A stretch of DNA of 64,000 nucleotides from Patescibacteria group bacterium. GTDB taxonomy: Bacteria > Patescibacteriota > Minisyncoccia > UBA6257 > UBA9933. Numbering within the stretch: position 1 is the first letter of the stretch; each line of letters begins with the position of its first letter. The DNA lies in assembly GCA_038065035.1 (NCBI GenBank), contig JBBTRV010000004.1:51798-115797 (forward strand), given 5' to 3'. This document shows, piece by piece, positions 20,436 through 29,886 of this stretch. A program made the position numbers and the translations under genes. The notes below the pieces were generated by a model. That model was not told the origin of the DNA, ran no database searches, and was given only the letters and a program-made list of their open reading frames with translations.

Positions 20436-21422
20436 ATGAGTATTACTGGAATTTTATTAGGCATTTTATTATGGATTATTATCCGTTTCGTGATAAGGGG
20501 ATTTTATGTTATTGAACAAAATGAACGAGCGGTAAAAACCATATTTGGCAAAGCTCAGAGATTGGGCGATATTATTACGCTTGATGATCCGATTTTTTTT
20601 AATTCTTTAAAAGAAGATGAGCGTGAAAGATACATCTATCCGCAATTGCGCGTTATTATGTCGGGTGGGCCATATTTTAAATTTCCCTGGGAAAAAATTT
20701 ATAAAGTCTCGATAGCTACTAACTTATTAAGCATTGCTTATGATCCAGAAAATTCTTTAGTTAATGATAATAACACTATTTTGGAAGCGGTCACCAAGGA
20801 TCAGCTTAATATTAGATTAAAAGGACAATTTCGCTATGCTGTGTCTGACCGCAATCTTTATGCTTATCTTTTTGCTGTTAAAAATCCTATTGCTCATGTA
20901 ATGGGTTATTTTATATCAATACTAAGAGAAAGAATTGCTAATTTTGAAGCTCCTTCAAAACCAAATCAACAAACTGCTTCAGATATTGTTTCTCTTGTTA
21001 GCGCTGGCACTTCTATTAATGATTTGCGTAAAAATTTAGGAGAATTAAATTTGCATATGGAGCAAGAATGCATATCTTCAGTTGCTAGATACGGCATATT
21101 GCTTGACGCCGCTTTAATTACCGCTATTGAACCGCCCCAAGATGTGGAATCTGCTTTGGCGGCGATTAACACAACTCATAATCATGTTTCTTCAGAAATA
21201 AGTTTGGCTCAGGCCGCCGCTGACCAAAGAATTGTTCAATCAAAGAAAGCGGTAGAGATAGAAACTTTTAAAGCCCAAGCCGAAATTCAGCTTTTGAATC
21301 AGCTTGCTGTTCAGTTAGATCAAATCAGGGCCGGAGATAAAAAAACACTTCCGGCATATTTACGCAATGTCCGTCTTGCTCTTTGGTCAAGGGCAAAAAA
21401 GATTATTTTAGAAACAAAATAA
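20436..21422 (+). CDS. SPFH/Band 7 family protein
   Basis: N-terminal TM, EQNERAV..FG, GPYFKFPW, TKDQ, C-terminal coiled coil. Confidence 0.8.
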   Translation: MSITGILLGILLWIIIRFVIRGFYVIEQNERAVKTIFGKAQRLGDIITLDDPIFFNSLKEDERERYIYPQLRVIMSGGPYFKFPWEKIYKVSIATNLLSIAYDPENSLVNDNNTILEAVTKDQLNIRLKGQFRYAVSDRNLYAYLFAVKNPIAHVMGYFISILRERIANFEAPSKPNQQTASDIVSLVSAGTSINDLRKNLGELNLHMEQECISSVARYGILLDAALITAIEPPQDVESALAAINTTHNHVSSEISLAQAAADQRIVQSKKAVEIETFKAQAEIQLLNQLAVQLDQIRAGDKKTLPAYLRNVRLALWSRAKKIILETK

Positions 21423-21423
21423 A

Positions 21424-22338
21424 ATGTTAATTTTTAGTCAGATATTTATTGTTTTTACTTCTTTAATCGCGGTTGAATATCTTTGTCGTTTTTTTGGATA
21501 TTTATTTGGTTTTTACGCAATAATTGAAGAACGGAAGGCAAGAGTGTATGTGTTGTTTGGCGATATTGTAGGGGTTTTAGATAAGCCCGGTTTCCATTTC
21601 CTCTGGCTTGAAATTGGATGGAAAGCTTTTTTTGTCAATTGGCTTGGCAAATCGTATGAGCGCGATCTGAGTCTAGATCAAGAATATATTAGAAGCATTC
21701 CTGTGAATTCTGAAGAAGGAACACCGATGGGCATTGGTGTTTGGTATGAGATGTTTATAACCGATCCCGTAGCCCATATTTTTAAAAACATTGACCCTCA
21801 AGGATCTTTAAGCGCTAATGTTAAAAATGCAACCATTAAATGTTTAAGCAATTTGCCCTTGGCTAATATGTTAATTAATCGCCATGAAATGAGTCGGTCA
21901 GTGCGTGAAGAAGTTTCGCCGAAATCTGATGAGTGGGGATACAGATTGGGTTCAGTTTATATTAGAAAGGTTCATTTTCGGGATAATGATATGGTGAAAC
22001 AAATTGAGGAAAAAGTGGTAAATCGTTTAAGACAAGTAACTTCTGCAATTAAACAAGACGGTTTAAATCAAGTTAATATCATTAAAAGCAGGGCGGAAAA
22101 AGAGGCTTCTGTTGAATTTGCAAAGGCTACTGCTGTTCGTCCGCAAATAGTCGGCGCTACAATGAAGCAAATTTCACAAGATCAAGAAATACTTTTAACA
22201 ATGCTTGATATTCTTGAGTGCCAAAGGATCATGGAGGGAGAAAATGAGCTTGTGCTTATTCCTAGTGAGTCGCGGAACAATTTTCTTACTCAACTCCTAG
22301 CCGTTGAAACTAATAAAAATATTAAGAATCAGCCTTAA
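21424..22338 (+). CDS. SPFH/Band 7 family protein
   Basis: PGFHFLW, EWGYRLGSVYIRKV, coiled coil. Confidence 0.8.
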   Translation: MLIFSQIFIVFTSLIAVEYLCRFFGYLFGFYAIIEERKARVYVLFGDIVGVLDKPGFHFLWLEIGWKAFFVNWLGKSYERDLSLDQEYIRSIPVNSEEGTPMGIGVWYEMFITDPVAHIFKNIDPQGSLSANVKNATIKCLSNLPLANMLINRHEMSRSVREEVSPKSDEWGYRLGSVYIRKVHFRDNDMVKQIEEKVVNRLRQVTSAIKQDGLNQVNIIKSRAEKEASVEFAKATAVRPQIVGATMKQISQDQEILLTMLDILECQRIMEGENELVLIPSESRNNFLTQLLAVETNKNIKNQP

Positions 22339-22360
22339 TATTCTAATACAATTGGTTATT

Positions 22361-24007
22361 TTATTCTTTGCCAATCGCTTTTTTAATCGCTTCTTTTAAT
22401 TCATCAATAGTCGATTTTGAAGTCGGTTCTTTTTTCGCTGGTTTTTCAAAAGACGGCTGGCTTGGAGTTTTTTGCACAGTTTCTTTTTTCTTAAGTTCTT
22501 CAAGAGAAAGATATTGTTTTTCTTCTTCTGTTTCTCCAGCTAAGCGGCGGCCGATTTTTTCGAATGAAGAAACTTTTTTCGGCGCTTCGAATTCAATGCC
22601 GATTTCTCCCAAATTAGAGGCATATTTGAATCTTGCTTGTTCGGCCGGACGTTTCGTAAACGGCCTTTTATCTCCGAATATTTTTTTCTCCGGCGCTTTT
22701 TCAGTGGTAATGCCGCTCCATCGGGAGAATTCTTCTTCCGCTTCTTCTAATGAATTGGCATAATTTTTTCTTGAAATTTCAATTACTTCTTCGCGATTGC
22801 TTTCATGGCTTGCCATTGATAATGGCGGAAGCGTTATGGCTGAAAAAGGCCGGCTGGTAACGCCGTCAACCATTAATTTCAAATAAATATGGAAGTTCGG
22901 CAAATTCGTCATATCTTGAATGTTAAAATCTGGTTCCAATTCTTTTTCCAAAAATTCCGCGTCAGCGGCGCCGACTCGGAAAATAATCATTGTTCCCACG
23001 TTGCCGAAAATTGCGTCTTTGACTTTTGTTGATGTGCCTCCGGATGTGCCACTGACTAATTGTCCGATGTATTGATGGCTGATAACAAGATTAAGGCGGT
23101 ATTTTCTGGCTTCCGAAAGAATAGTGGCGAAAGAATCTGTAACAAAGCCCTGAAATTCGTCAATGTGAAGATAAAAATCTTTTCTTTCCTCTTCGGGAAC
23201 TCGGGCTCTTTCCATGGCGGCTAGCTGGATTTTGGTAATCATCATGGCGCCGAGGAGCGCTGAATTGTCTTCGCCGAGCTTGCCTTTGGAAAGATTGACC
23301 AAAAGGATTTTGCCGGTGTTCATTATTTCCTGAATATTGATGGTGCTTTTTGATTGGCCGACAATGTTTCTAATAAGTGAAGTGGAAAGAAATTGGCCGA
23401 CTTTGTTTTGGATAGGAACAATCGCTTCGTTTCTGAATTGGTCGCGCCATGATTCGTATTCGTAAATCCAGAAAGATTTTACAATCGGATCTTTAATGTT
23501 GGCGATGATTTTTTGGCGGTAGTCTTTGTCTGTTAATATTCTTGGAATTCCAAGCAAGGTGCTGCCCGAGGTATCCAAAAGCGCCAGAACGCAGTTGTTT
23601 AAAATATATTCCATTCTGGCAGACCAGACATTAGCCCAAATTTTAGTGAAAATCGCCATTAAGTCTGAAGCGACTAAGTGCTTATATTTTTGGTCAGGCA
23701 CTTCTAAGACGTTGAAGCCGATAGGATATTCCGCGTCAATCGGATTGAAATAAACAACGTCTTTTATTCTTTCCCTTGGGATTTTAGTGATTATTGTTTC
23801 AACAAAGTCGCCGTGCTGGTCCACAATGCAAATACCTTCGCCTTTAATGATGTCCTGAATAGCCAAGTTAAAAAGCAGAGTTGTTTTTCCAGTGCCGGTC
23901 TTTCCGACAATGTAAGTGTGCTGGCGCCGGTCTTTCCTTTTAATGCCGAAAATTCGCTCCTTGTTGCGAAAATTAGTTTTGGCGAATAGTGTGATGTCTT
24001 TTTCCAT
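22361..24007 (-). CDS. VirD4/TraD/HerA-like P-loop ATPase
   Basis: GKTGTGKT Walker A, IDEFQ Walker B, SEARKY, HQY. Confidence 0.85.
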   Translation of the reverse strand: MEKDITLFAKTNFRNKERIFGIKRKDRRQHTYIVGKTGTGKTTLLFNLAIQDIIKGEGICIVDQHGDFVETIITKIPRERIKDVVYFNPIDAEYPIGFNVLEVPDQKYKHLVASDLMAIFTKIWANVWSARMEYILNNCVLALLDTSGSTLLGIPRILTDKDYRQKIIANIKDPIVKSFWIYEYESWRDQFRNEAIVPIQNKVGQFLSTSLIRNIVGQSKSTINIQEIMNTGKILLVNLSKGKLGEDNSALLGAMMITKIQLAAMERARVPEEERKDFYLHIDEFQGFVTDSFATILSEARKYRLNLVISHQYIGQLVSGTSGGTSTKVKDAIFGNVGTMIIFRVGAADAEFLEKELEPDFNIQDMTNLPNFHIYLKLMVDGVTSRPFSAITLPPLSMASHESNREEVIEISRKNYANSLEEAEEEFSRWSGITTEKAPEKKIFGDKRPFTKRPAEQARFKYASNLGEIGIEFEAPKKVSSFEKIGRRLAGETEEEKQYLSLEELKKKETVQKTPSQPSFEKPAKKEPTSKSTIDELKEAIKKAIGKE

Positions 24008-24066
24008 TTTGCTTTTTATTTAGCAATATTATATAATAATTATTTCAATTATTAAAGACCATTTGT

Positions 24067-25203
24067 ATGTATATTGAGATTAAGTCTCAGGAGGAAGAGA
24101 AGTTAAGAAAAGTATTGGAGAAAAGAAATGATTCAGAAGCTAAAAGAATGCTTCGTTTTGTCGGTTTTCCTGATTTGTCTCGCCTTCAAAACAGCCCCAT
24201 ATTCGAGCTTGTTCAGCGCATTAAAAACATCAAACATTTTTCTGATTTTGACGAAGTTAAAGCGCCGGAAATTGTGCGGGCTGACGTGAGTTTTGATTTA
24301 TTTAATTTTCCTAAAGACCATCCGGCCCGAAGCTGCTCTGATACTTATTACGCGGATGACAATCATATTTTAAGGACCCACACTACAATAATGTGGTATT
24401 ACCATTTAAATAATGAAATCATCAAAGAGAAGATTAAAAACAAATTGCCGGTAGCTGCGCTTTCTTACGGAAAGGTCTATCGCAAAGACGAAATAGATAG
24501 GAATCACATGAATGTCTTTCATCAGATGGATGGTTGGTATCTTGCTCCGAAATCAAAAAAAATTATTACTATTGATGATTTAAAAGTGATTTTAACCGAA
24601 ATCGCCCAAGCCATTTACGGCAAAAACATAAAATTCCGGTTTAATATTGATAAATTTCCTTATACGGACCCGAGCGTGGAAATGGAAATTGAAGTGGAAG
24701 GCAGATGGGTGGAGGTCTTGGGTTCAGGAATAGTTCATCCCGTTGTTCTTAAAAATCTTGGAGTTGAGTCGAATGAATACAACGGCTGGGCATTCGGCTT
24801 TGGTTTGGAACGATTGGCAATAATAAGCATGACTCTCCCTGATATCCGCTTGCTTTGGTCAACTGACCCTAGAATCAAAAAGCAGCTTGTTTTAGGCAAT
24901 AAATATATTGAGGTCAGTAAATATCCGCCTATTACCAGAGATATTTCTTTTATTGTTAAAAGCGATTTTATTCCGAATAATTATTTTGATTTGATAAGGG
25001 ATATTGGCGGGGATTTGGTGGAAGAAGTAAGGCTGATTGATAAATACGAAAATCTTGAAAAATTCGGAGGCAATAAAATCAGTTATACTTACCGTATAAT
25101 TTACAGAAGCAACGATAGGACTTTGCTTTCAAGCGAGATTGACAAAATTCAAAAAGAAATATATGAAGAAACAGCGAAGCAATTTAACGCGGAGCTAAGA
25201 TGA
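24067..25203 (+). CDS. pheS: Single-chain phenylalanyl-tRNA synthetase (catalytic domain + FDX-ACB)
   Basis: HPAR..DTYY, LRTHTT, YRKDEID..H..VFHQMDG, FPYTDPS, GWAFGFGLERLA, then SKYPPITRDISF..YRS.DRTL. Confidence 0.9.
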   Translation: MYIEIKSQEEEKLRKVLEKRNDSEAKRMLRFVGFPDLSRLQNSPIFELVQRIKNIKHFSDFDEVKAPEIVRADVSFDLFNFPKDHPARSCSDTYYADDNHILRTHTTIMWYYHLNNEIIKEKIKNKLPVAALSYGKVYRKDEIDRNHMNVFHQMDGWYLAPKSKKIITIDDLKVILTEIAQAIYGKNIKFRFNIDKFPYTDPSVEMEIEVEGRWVEVLGSGIVHPVVLKNLGVESNEYNGWAFGFGLERLAIISMTLPDIRLLWSTDPRIKKQLVLGNKYIEVSKYPPITRDISFIVKSDFIPNNYFDLIRDIGGDLVEEVRLIDKYENLEKFGGNKISYTYRIIYRSNDRTLLSSEIDKIQKEIYEETAKQFNAELR

Positions 25204-25214
25204 TTAAATTTAAC

Positions 25215-25286
25215 GGTCCCATCGTCTAACGGCTAGGACATGCCCCTTTCACGGGCAAAATCGGGGTTCGATTCCCCGTGGGACTA
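25215..25286 (+). tRNA. tRNA-Glu(TTC), CCA not encoded
   Basis: Acceptor stem GGTCCCA/TGGGACT, anticodon arm TGCCC-CTTTCAC-GGGCA, T-loop GGTTCGATTCC. Confidence 0.95.
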
Positions 25287-25301
25287 CTGATATTTATATT
25301 T

Positions 25302-25337
25302 AAGCATATGTTTAGGCATATGCATAAACATATGCTT
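25302..25337. promoter_or_regulatory. 36-bp near-perfect palindrome with three CATATG at 12-bp period (putative operator)
   Basis: AAGCATATGTTTAGGCATATGCATAAACATATGCTT just upstream of TATAAT at 25342. Confidence 0.65.
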
Positions 25338-25353
25338 CTAATATAATAAAATA

Positions 25354-25530
25354 ATGGCAGTAAGGAATTTGGAAAAACGCAATATCAGGAACGTGCAAAA
25401 AGTGAGGAATACTTATTACATTTCCATTCCGGTTGAAATTATGCGCGAGTTTAAGTGGTAAGAGCGGCAGAAAGTGGTGGTTAAGAAATTCGGCAAGGGC
25501 AAAATTCTCATAACGGATTGGAATAAATAG
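25354..25530 (+). pseudogene. AbrB/MazE/SpoVT-like regulator with in-frame TAA
   Basis: MAVRNLEKRNIRNVQKVRNTYYISIPVEIMREFKW*ERQKVVVKKFGKGKILITDWNK; stop at 25459-25461. Confidence 0.7.
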
Positions 25531-25576
25531 CGGTTTTTGGGTATTATAAAAATAATCTGAAATTATTTTTAGCGTC

Positions 25577-26116
25577 ATGGAAATTCAAAGCGGAGCTACA
25601 AACAAAAAAAGATATTTTAAATTCATCGCCGGATTTTTTGGAATAATCGCCGGCATTTTTATTTTGTATGGAGTAGGAATGTGGGGTTGGCATAAATATG
25701 ATTTGCGAAATCAGAAAGAAAAATTGCAGAAAGCGATGGAAGATAATGGAATCCAGGGAGAAATTCAAACAAAAAAATTTACGCGAAGAGATTACGAACA
25801 AGCAATGGCTGACACTTATGGCGGGAAAACTCCGCAGGAAACATTGCAATTGTTTGTCGATGCGGTAGAAAAAGAAGATTTTGAATTGGCAATTAAGTAT
25901 TTTGTGATAGATGATGAAGAAAGAGCATATTTGAAAGAAAGATTAGTGAGTTTACAACAAAAAGGATTACTATATATATATTTACGCGATCTTCGCGAAG
26001 CGTTAAAAAATCCGATAGAATATTCCAATAATCAAACAATGGCTTCAATTCATAAGCCGATAGTCATTGTTTTTTTCAAATATCCCAACAATTTTTGGAA
26101 AATATCTGGGTTTTAA
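25577..26116 (+). CDS. Membrane-anchored hypothetical protein (NTF2-like start motif)
   Basis: TM helix, YGGKTPQETLQLFVDAVEKEDFELA, C-terminal WKI. Confidence 0.7.
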   Translation: MEIQSGATNKKRYFKFIAGFFGIIAGIFILYGVGMWGWHKYDLRNQKEKLQKAMEDNGIQGEIQTKKFTRRDYEQAMADTYGGKTPQETLQLFVDAVEKEDFELAIKYFVIDDEERAYLKERLVSLQQKGLLYIYLRDLREALKNPIEYSNNQTMASIHKPIVIVFFKYPNNFWKISGF

Positions 26117-26139
26117 CCTTAATAATTAATAAAAATAGT

Positions 26140-29100
26140 ATGTTTAAAAAAATATTGGTTTATTTTTTTATATTTGGCCTTTTTGGTTTTTTGCCTTCAT
26201 TTAAAAACGTTTCCGCGTATGACGATAAAACAACTCATCCGGCCCTAACCGACGAAATAGTAGATTTTTACAATCTTTCTTTTCCAGAAAAACAAATTAT
26301 TCTTCAGCAAAAAGAATGGATTATTGAAGGCAGTATTTTGGAAGACACGCCGCCGAGATGGATAAACCATTTTTACGACCCAATTTATAAGATTGGCTGG
26401 TCTGGAGAATATGCCGGCAAATACGACGCTGAAACAGTGCAAATAGTTTCGCAAAATCTTATTGCGCCATATGGCATTACTCCGGTTTCTTCACTAGAGT
26501 GGCTTCATAATAATCAATTGCAAGCGCGTTACTGGCTTTATGAGGGCGTCAAGACGTGGGAACGGGGAATTTTAGAAATGATTAAGGGCAATGAGGAAAA
26601 ATCTTATAAAATTTTGGGTTATATTTTGCATCTCATAGAAGATGCTTCTGTGCCAGACCATACAAGAAATGATACTCACGCTCATGAGCTTGAAGGCGTT
26701 ACGGGCGATTACGGCTCTCCTTACGAAGAATATTTAAAACAATACACTCGCCAGAATTTAAATATTGCTGCCGGTTTTTATCAGCAGGGATTGAGGCCGA
26801 TTGTAAGAAATACAATTGATGAATATTTGATTTCTTTGGCTGAATATTCCAATAAATATTTTTTCTCAAAAGACACGATTAACGACCCTAAATATGAGAA
26901 TCCGAAAATTACCAGAAAAGATGATAATTTCGGATATGGGAAAGACGAAAGCGGAAAAGAGTTCCCGCTGGCGCTTATAGATACTATAAAAAATGAAAAT
27001 AAAGAAGATATTAAAATATATTCCCTCTTAAATGAAAAAAAATATTATCCCATCTTAAGCGCTTATTTTTCCCGACTTTCCCGCCAAGCGGTTTCAAACG
27101 GCGCAGGCGTTATAGAATTTTTTCGCAATGAAATCGCATCTAAAAAAGAATATCCATCTCATCTTATAACCTATGACTTTTCTATACTTAATTATTTTGA
27201 AATTCCCGTAATTTCCGTAGCCGGAGAATCAATTAAGATAGTAAACGCCGCCAGCTCCTTGTTGGGGCAAATTAGTTCAGTGATTAGCGGCGTTAGTTCT
27301 TCTATTGGCGGTTTTTTCTCAAATATTTTAAGCTTGGACGATTTCAATAATTCAAATAATTCCAATAATGCTAATTTCAACATTGATTCAAACGTTGCCA
27401 ACAATTCAAACTCTTTTAATTCTAATTCTGATATTTTAGAAATAATTATTAATGATACCGCTATGCAATTGCATAGCGGCGCCGATAGCAATGAAAGTGT
27501 TGTGTTTGACGTGTTAGCGTTAAATATAACTGATTCATTTATTTCTCAAAATAATAAATTAGCACAGTTGGCGCAAATACGAGCCCAGTTAAACGAAATT
27601 CAAGACAGGGCAGAATATCTTAATCAGCAAATTCAATCTTTGGCCGCGCAATCCTCTAATGCCAATCCGTCGCCAGTTATTTTTGCCTTTGGTGGAGGCG
27701 GAGGCGGTGGTACCCCTGTTATTTTATCAACATCAGAGAACAATACTTCGTCAGAAAACAATGCTTCAACTGAAGATCGGCAATCAGACGATCAACAGCA
27801 AATACCTCAAGACATTCAAGATTTTCAGCAAAATTCAACTTCCACTGATCAAAACGCTTCTTCAACAGCAACTTCAACCATAATTGTTCCCTTATTAAAT
27901 CATTTAGTTATTAGCGAGATTCAGATTTTCGGCGATAAAGCAGATGATGAATTTATTGAAATTTATAATTCCACCTCTGAAATTATTTCTTTAGATAATT
28001 ACTCTATCCAGTATTTAAGCGGTTTGGCGACTTCTACGGAGAAAATCGGCAATACTAAAAAGAATTTTAAAAATAACGCTCAAATCGCTCCTTATGGTTT
28101 TTATCTTCTGGCGCAAAACGACGGCGTTTTTGCTTCTCAAGCTGATATGACTTACAGTTTTTCGCTTTCAGGAAACGAAAGCGGCGCCAGCGTGTTTCTA
28201 ATAAAATCCAACAGTCCTATTAGTAGCTTAGATGATTCAGATATTGTTGATTATATTTCTTATGGAGAAGTTAGTTTAGTCGGCGTTTCTACTTCAACAA
28301 TGCCTTTGGCTAGCCAGAGTCTTGAAAGAAAATCTTGGCAAGATAACCAATGCGTTACCGCAAGCAGTAACAACAAATTTGCGGGCAATGGCTGCGATAC
28401 AGATGATAATAATTTTGATTTTGAAATTCGCCAAATACCGCATCCGCAAAATTCTTCAAGTTTGCCCGAGCCGAGAAACGACCCGACAGCGCCGCAAAAC
28501 TTTAATATTCAATATTCGTCAAGTGCTAATGAATTGATTTTTAATTGGTCGGAGTCGCAGGACTATAGCGGTTCAACTTCAATATTAACTTATAAACTTC
28601 AAGAAATTAATAATTTTTTTTCCAGCTTGCTGTTCATTGAAACAACTTCCACAAATGCCGCTATCGTAATATCTGAATTCGGCAGAAATTATGAATTTGA
28701 TATTCTGGTTTTTGATAAGGACGGTTTGGAATCAGCGACTTCATCGGCAAATATTTATGTTGATGAGTTGCAGACGCTAAACGCAACTTCCAGCGATTAT
28801 TCAGCTACTTCCACTCAAATTTTATTGCCTCAATTAGATGAATCATCAAGTTCTATTGGCGGCGCTTGGATATATCAGGAGTTTGGCAATGGGATTTCAG
28901 GAAAATTGCAAAGTCTTGAATTCAAGATGTATACAGGGAGCGCTTGTTTATGGTTTTCTTTTCAGGAATTTAATGATTCGGGATATACTCAGTTGGCGCG
29001 CGAATTTACGGGGCAGGAATCTAATGCTACACCCTATTTTGTTTTAAGAAAAGAAGATGGTTCTTTGTTTAATTACGGCGAGTGCGTTAATTACGGCGGA

Positions 29101-29370
29101 AAAATAACGCTTGAATTTATTGGTGATATAGAAATCAATCCGGATAAATATTACAGATTGCATCTTAATACCGGAGATGCGTCACGATATGCCTCATTTA
29201 TAGGAAGCGTTTCTGATGTTGGTTTTGGAAATTTCAGGGAATGTATTTTGAAATCAGATGTTGCTAATGGCATAGTTTTTCGCTGGCAAGATTGTCAAGC
29301 GCCAGATTTTGACATTTATTTTGTTTTAAAAGGAATAGTAATTAACGCGAATTTGCCGATACAGCAATAA
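26140..29370 (+). CDS. Secreted Zn-dependent phospholipase C/P1-nuclease-like protein with lamin-tail and FN3-like domains
   Basis: Signal peptide, TTH, NHFYDP, GYILHLIEDASVPDH, YEE; LVISEI..EFIEIYN; FN3-like WSESQD..YKL. Confidence 0.7.
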   Translation: MFKKILVYFFIFGLFGFLPSFKNVSAYDDKTTHPALTDEIVDFYNLSFPEKQIILQQKEWIIEGSILEDTPPRWINHFYDPIYKIGWSGEYAGKYDAETVQIVSQNLIAPYGITPVSSLEWLHNNQLQARYWLYEGVKTWERGILEMIKGNEEKSYKILGYILHLIEDASVPDHTRNDTHAHELEGVTGDYGSPYEEYLKQYTRQNLNIAAGFYQQGLRPIVRNTIDEYLISLAEYSNKYFFSKDTINDPKYENPKITRKDDNFGYGKDESGKEFPLALIDTIKNENKEDIKIYSLLNEKKYYPILSAYFSRLSRQAVSNGAGVIEFFRNEIASKKEYPSHLITYDFSILNYFEIPVISVAGESIKIVNAASSLLGQISSVISGVSSSIGGFFSNILSLDDFNNSNNSNNANFNIDSNVANNSNSFNSNSDILEIIINDTAMQLHSGADSNESVVFDVLALNITDSFISQNNKLAQLAQIRAQLNEIQDRAEYLNQQIQSLAAQSSNANPSPVIFAFGGGGGGGTPVILSTSENNTSSENNASTEDRQSDDQQQIPQDIQDFQQNSTSTDQNASSTATSTIIVPLLNHLVISEIQIFGDKADDEFIEIYNSTSEIISLDNYSIQYLSGLATSTEKIGNTKKNFKNNAQIAPYGFYLLAQNDGVFASQADMTYSFSLSGNESGASVFLIKSNSPISSLDDSDIVDYISYGEVSLVGVSTSTMPLASQSLERKSWQDNQCVTASSNNKFAGNGCDTDDNNFDFEIRQIPHPQNSSSLPEPRNDPTAPQNFNIQYSSSANELIFNWSESQDYSGSTSILTYKLQEINNFFSSLLFIETTSTNAAIVISEFGRNYEFDILVFDKDGLESATSSANIYVDELQTLNATSSDYSATSTQILLPQLDESSSSIGGAWIYQEFGNGISGKLQSLEFKMYTGSACLWFSFQEFNDSGYTQLAREFTGQESNATPYFVLRKEDGSLFNYGECVNYGGKITLEFIGDIEINPDKYYRLHLNTGDASRYASFIGSVSDVGFGNFRECILKSDVANGIVFRWQDCQAPDFDIYFVLKGIVINANLPIQQ

Positions 29371-29879
29371 TGATTGTCATTCTTCATAATATCCGTAGTT
29401 TATATAACGTCGGCTCTATTTTCCGCACCGCTGATACCGTCGAAGTTTCTAAAATTTATTTATGCGGCATTACGCCGAAGCCGGTTGATGAATTCGGCTG
29501 GCCGAGAGAGCAATTAACAAAAGTTTCTTTAGGTGCTGAAAAATATGTTGAGTGGGAGCATTGTAAATCAACCGCGCGTTTGATTGATAAACTAAAAAAA
29601 GAAAAATATAAAATTTTCGCCATTGAACAATCAAAAAAATCAATTCCGTATTATAAAACAAAGTGTAAAGAGCAAATTAGCAAAATTGCATTGGTTTTAG
29701 GGAATGAAGTTAATGGTTTGTCGCAATCAATCCTGAGCCGCGCCGATAAGATTCTAGAAATTCCAATGAAGGGGGCAATGGTTCGACAAGCTCACCATCC
29801 GCGACGCATTGGTCGCGGAAAAGAATCGCTTAATGTGTCGGTGGTGTTTGGCATTATTGCTTTTAATTTGATAAACTAA
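29370..29879 (+). CDS. TrmH/SpoU family RNA methyltransferase
   Basis: NIRSLYNVGSIFRT, LGNEVNG, EIPM..ESLNV. Confidence 0.9.
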   Translation: MIVILHNIRSLYNVGSIFRTADTVEVSKIYLCGITPKPVDEFGWPREQLTKVSLGAEKYVEWEHCKSTARLIDKLKKEKYKIFAIEQSKKSIPYYKTKCKEQISKIALVLGNEVNGLSQSILSRADKILEIPMKGAMVRQAHHPRRIGRGKESLNVSVVFGIIAFNLIN

Positions 29880-29886
29880 GAATGAC

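Noticed and set aside
22361-24007. Conjugative system
   Set aside because: Lone VirD4-like ATPase with no relaxase or other T4SS genes nearby.
27340-27880. Asn/Ser/Gly-rich low-complexity tracts
   Set aside because: Typical flexible linkers of secreted proteins.
25215-29370. Integrative element or prophage at tRNA-Glu
   Set aside because: No integrase and no duplicated tRNA 3' end noticed.
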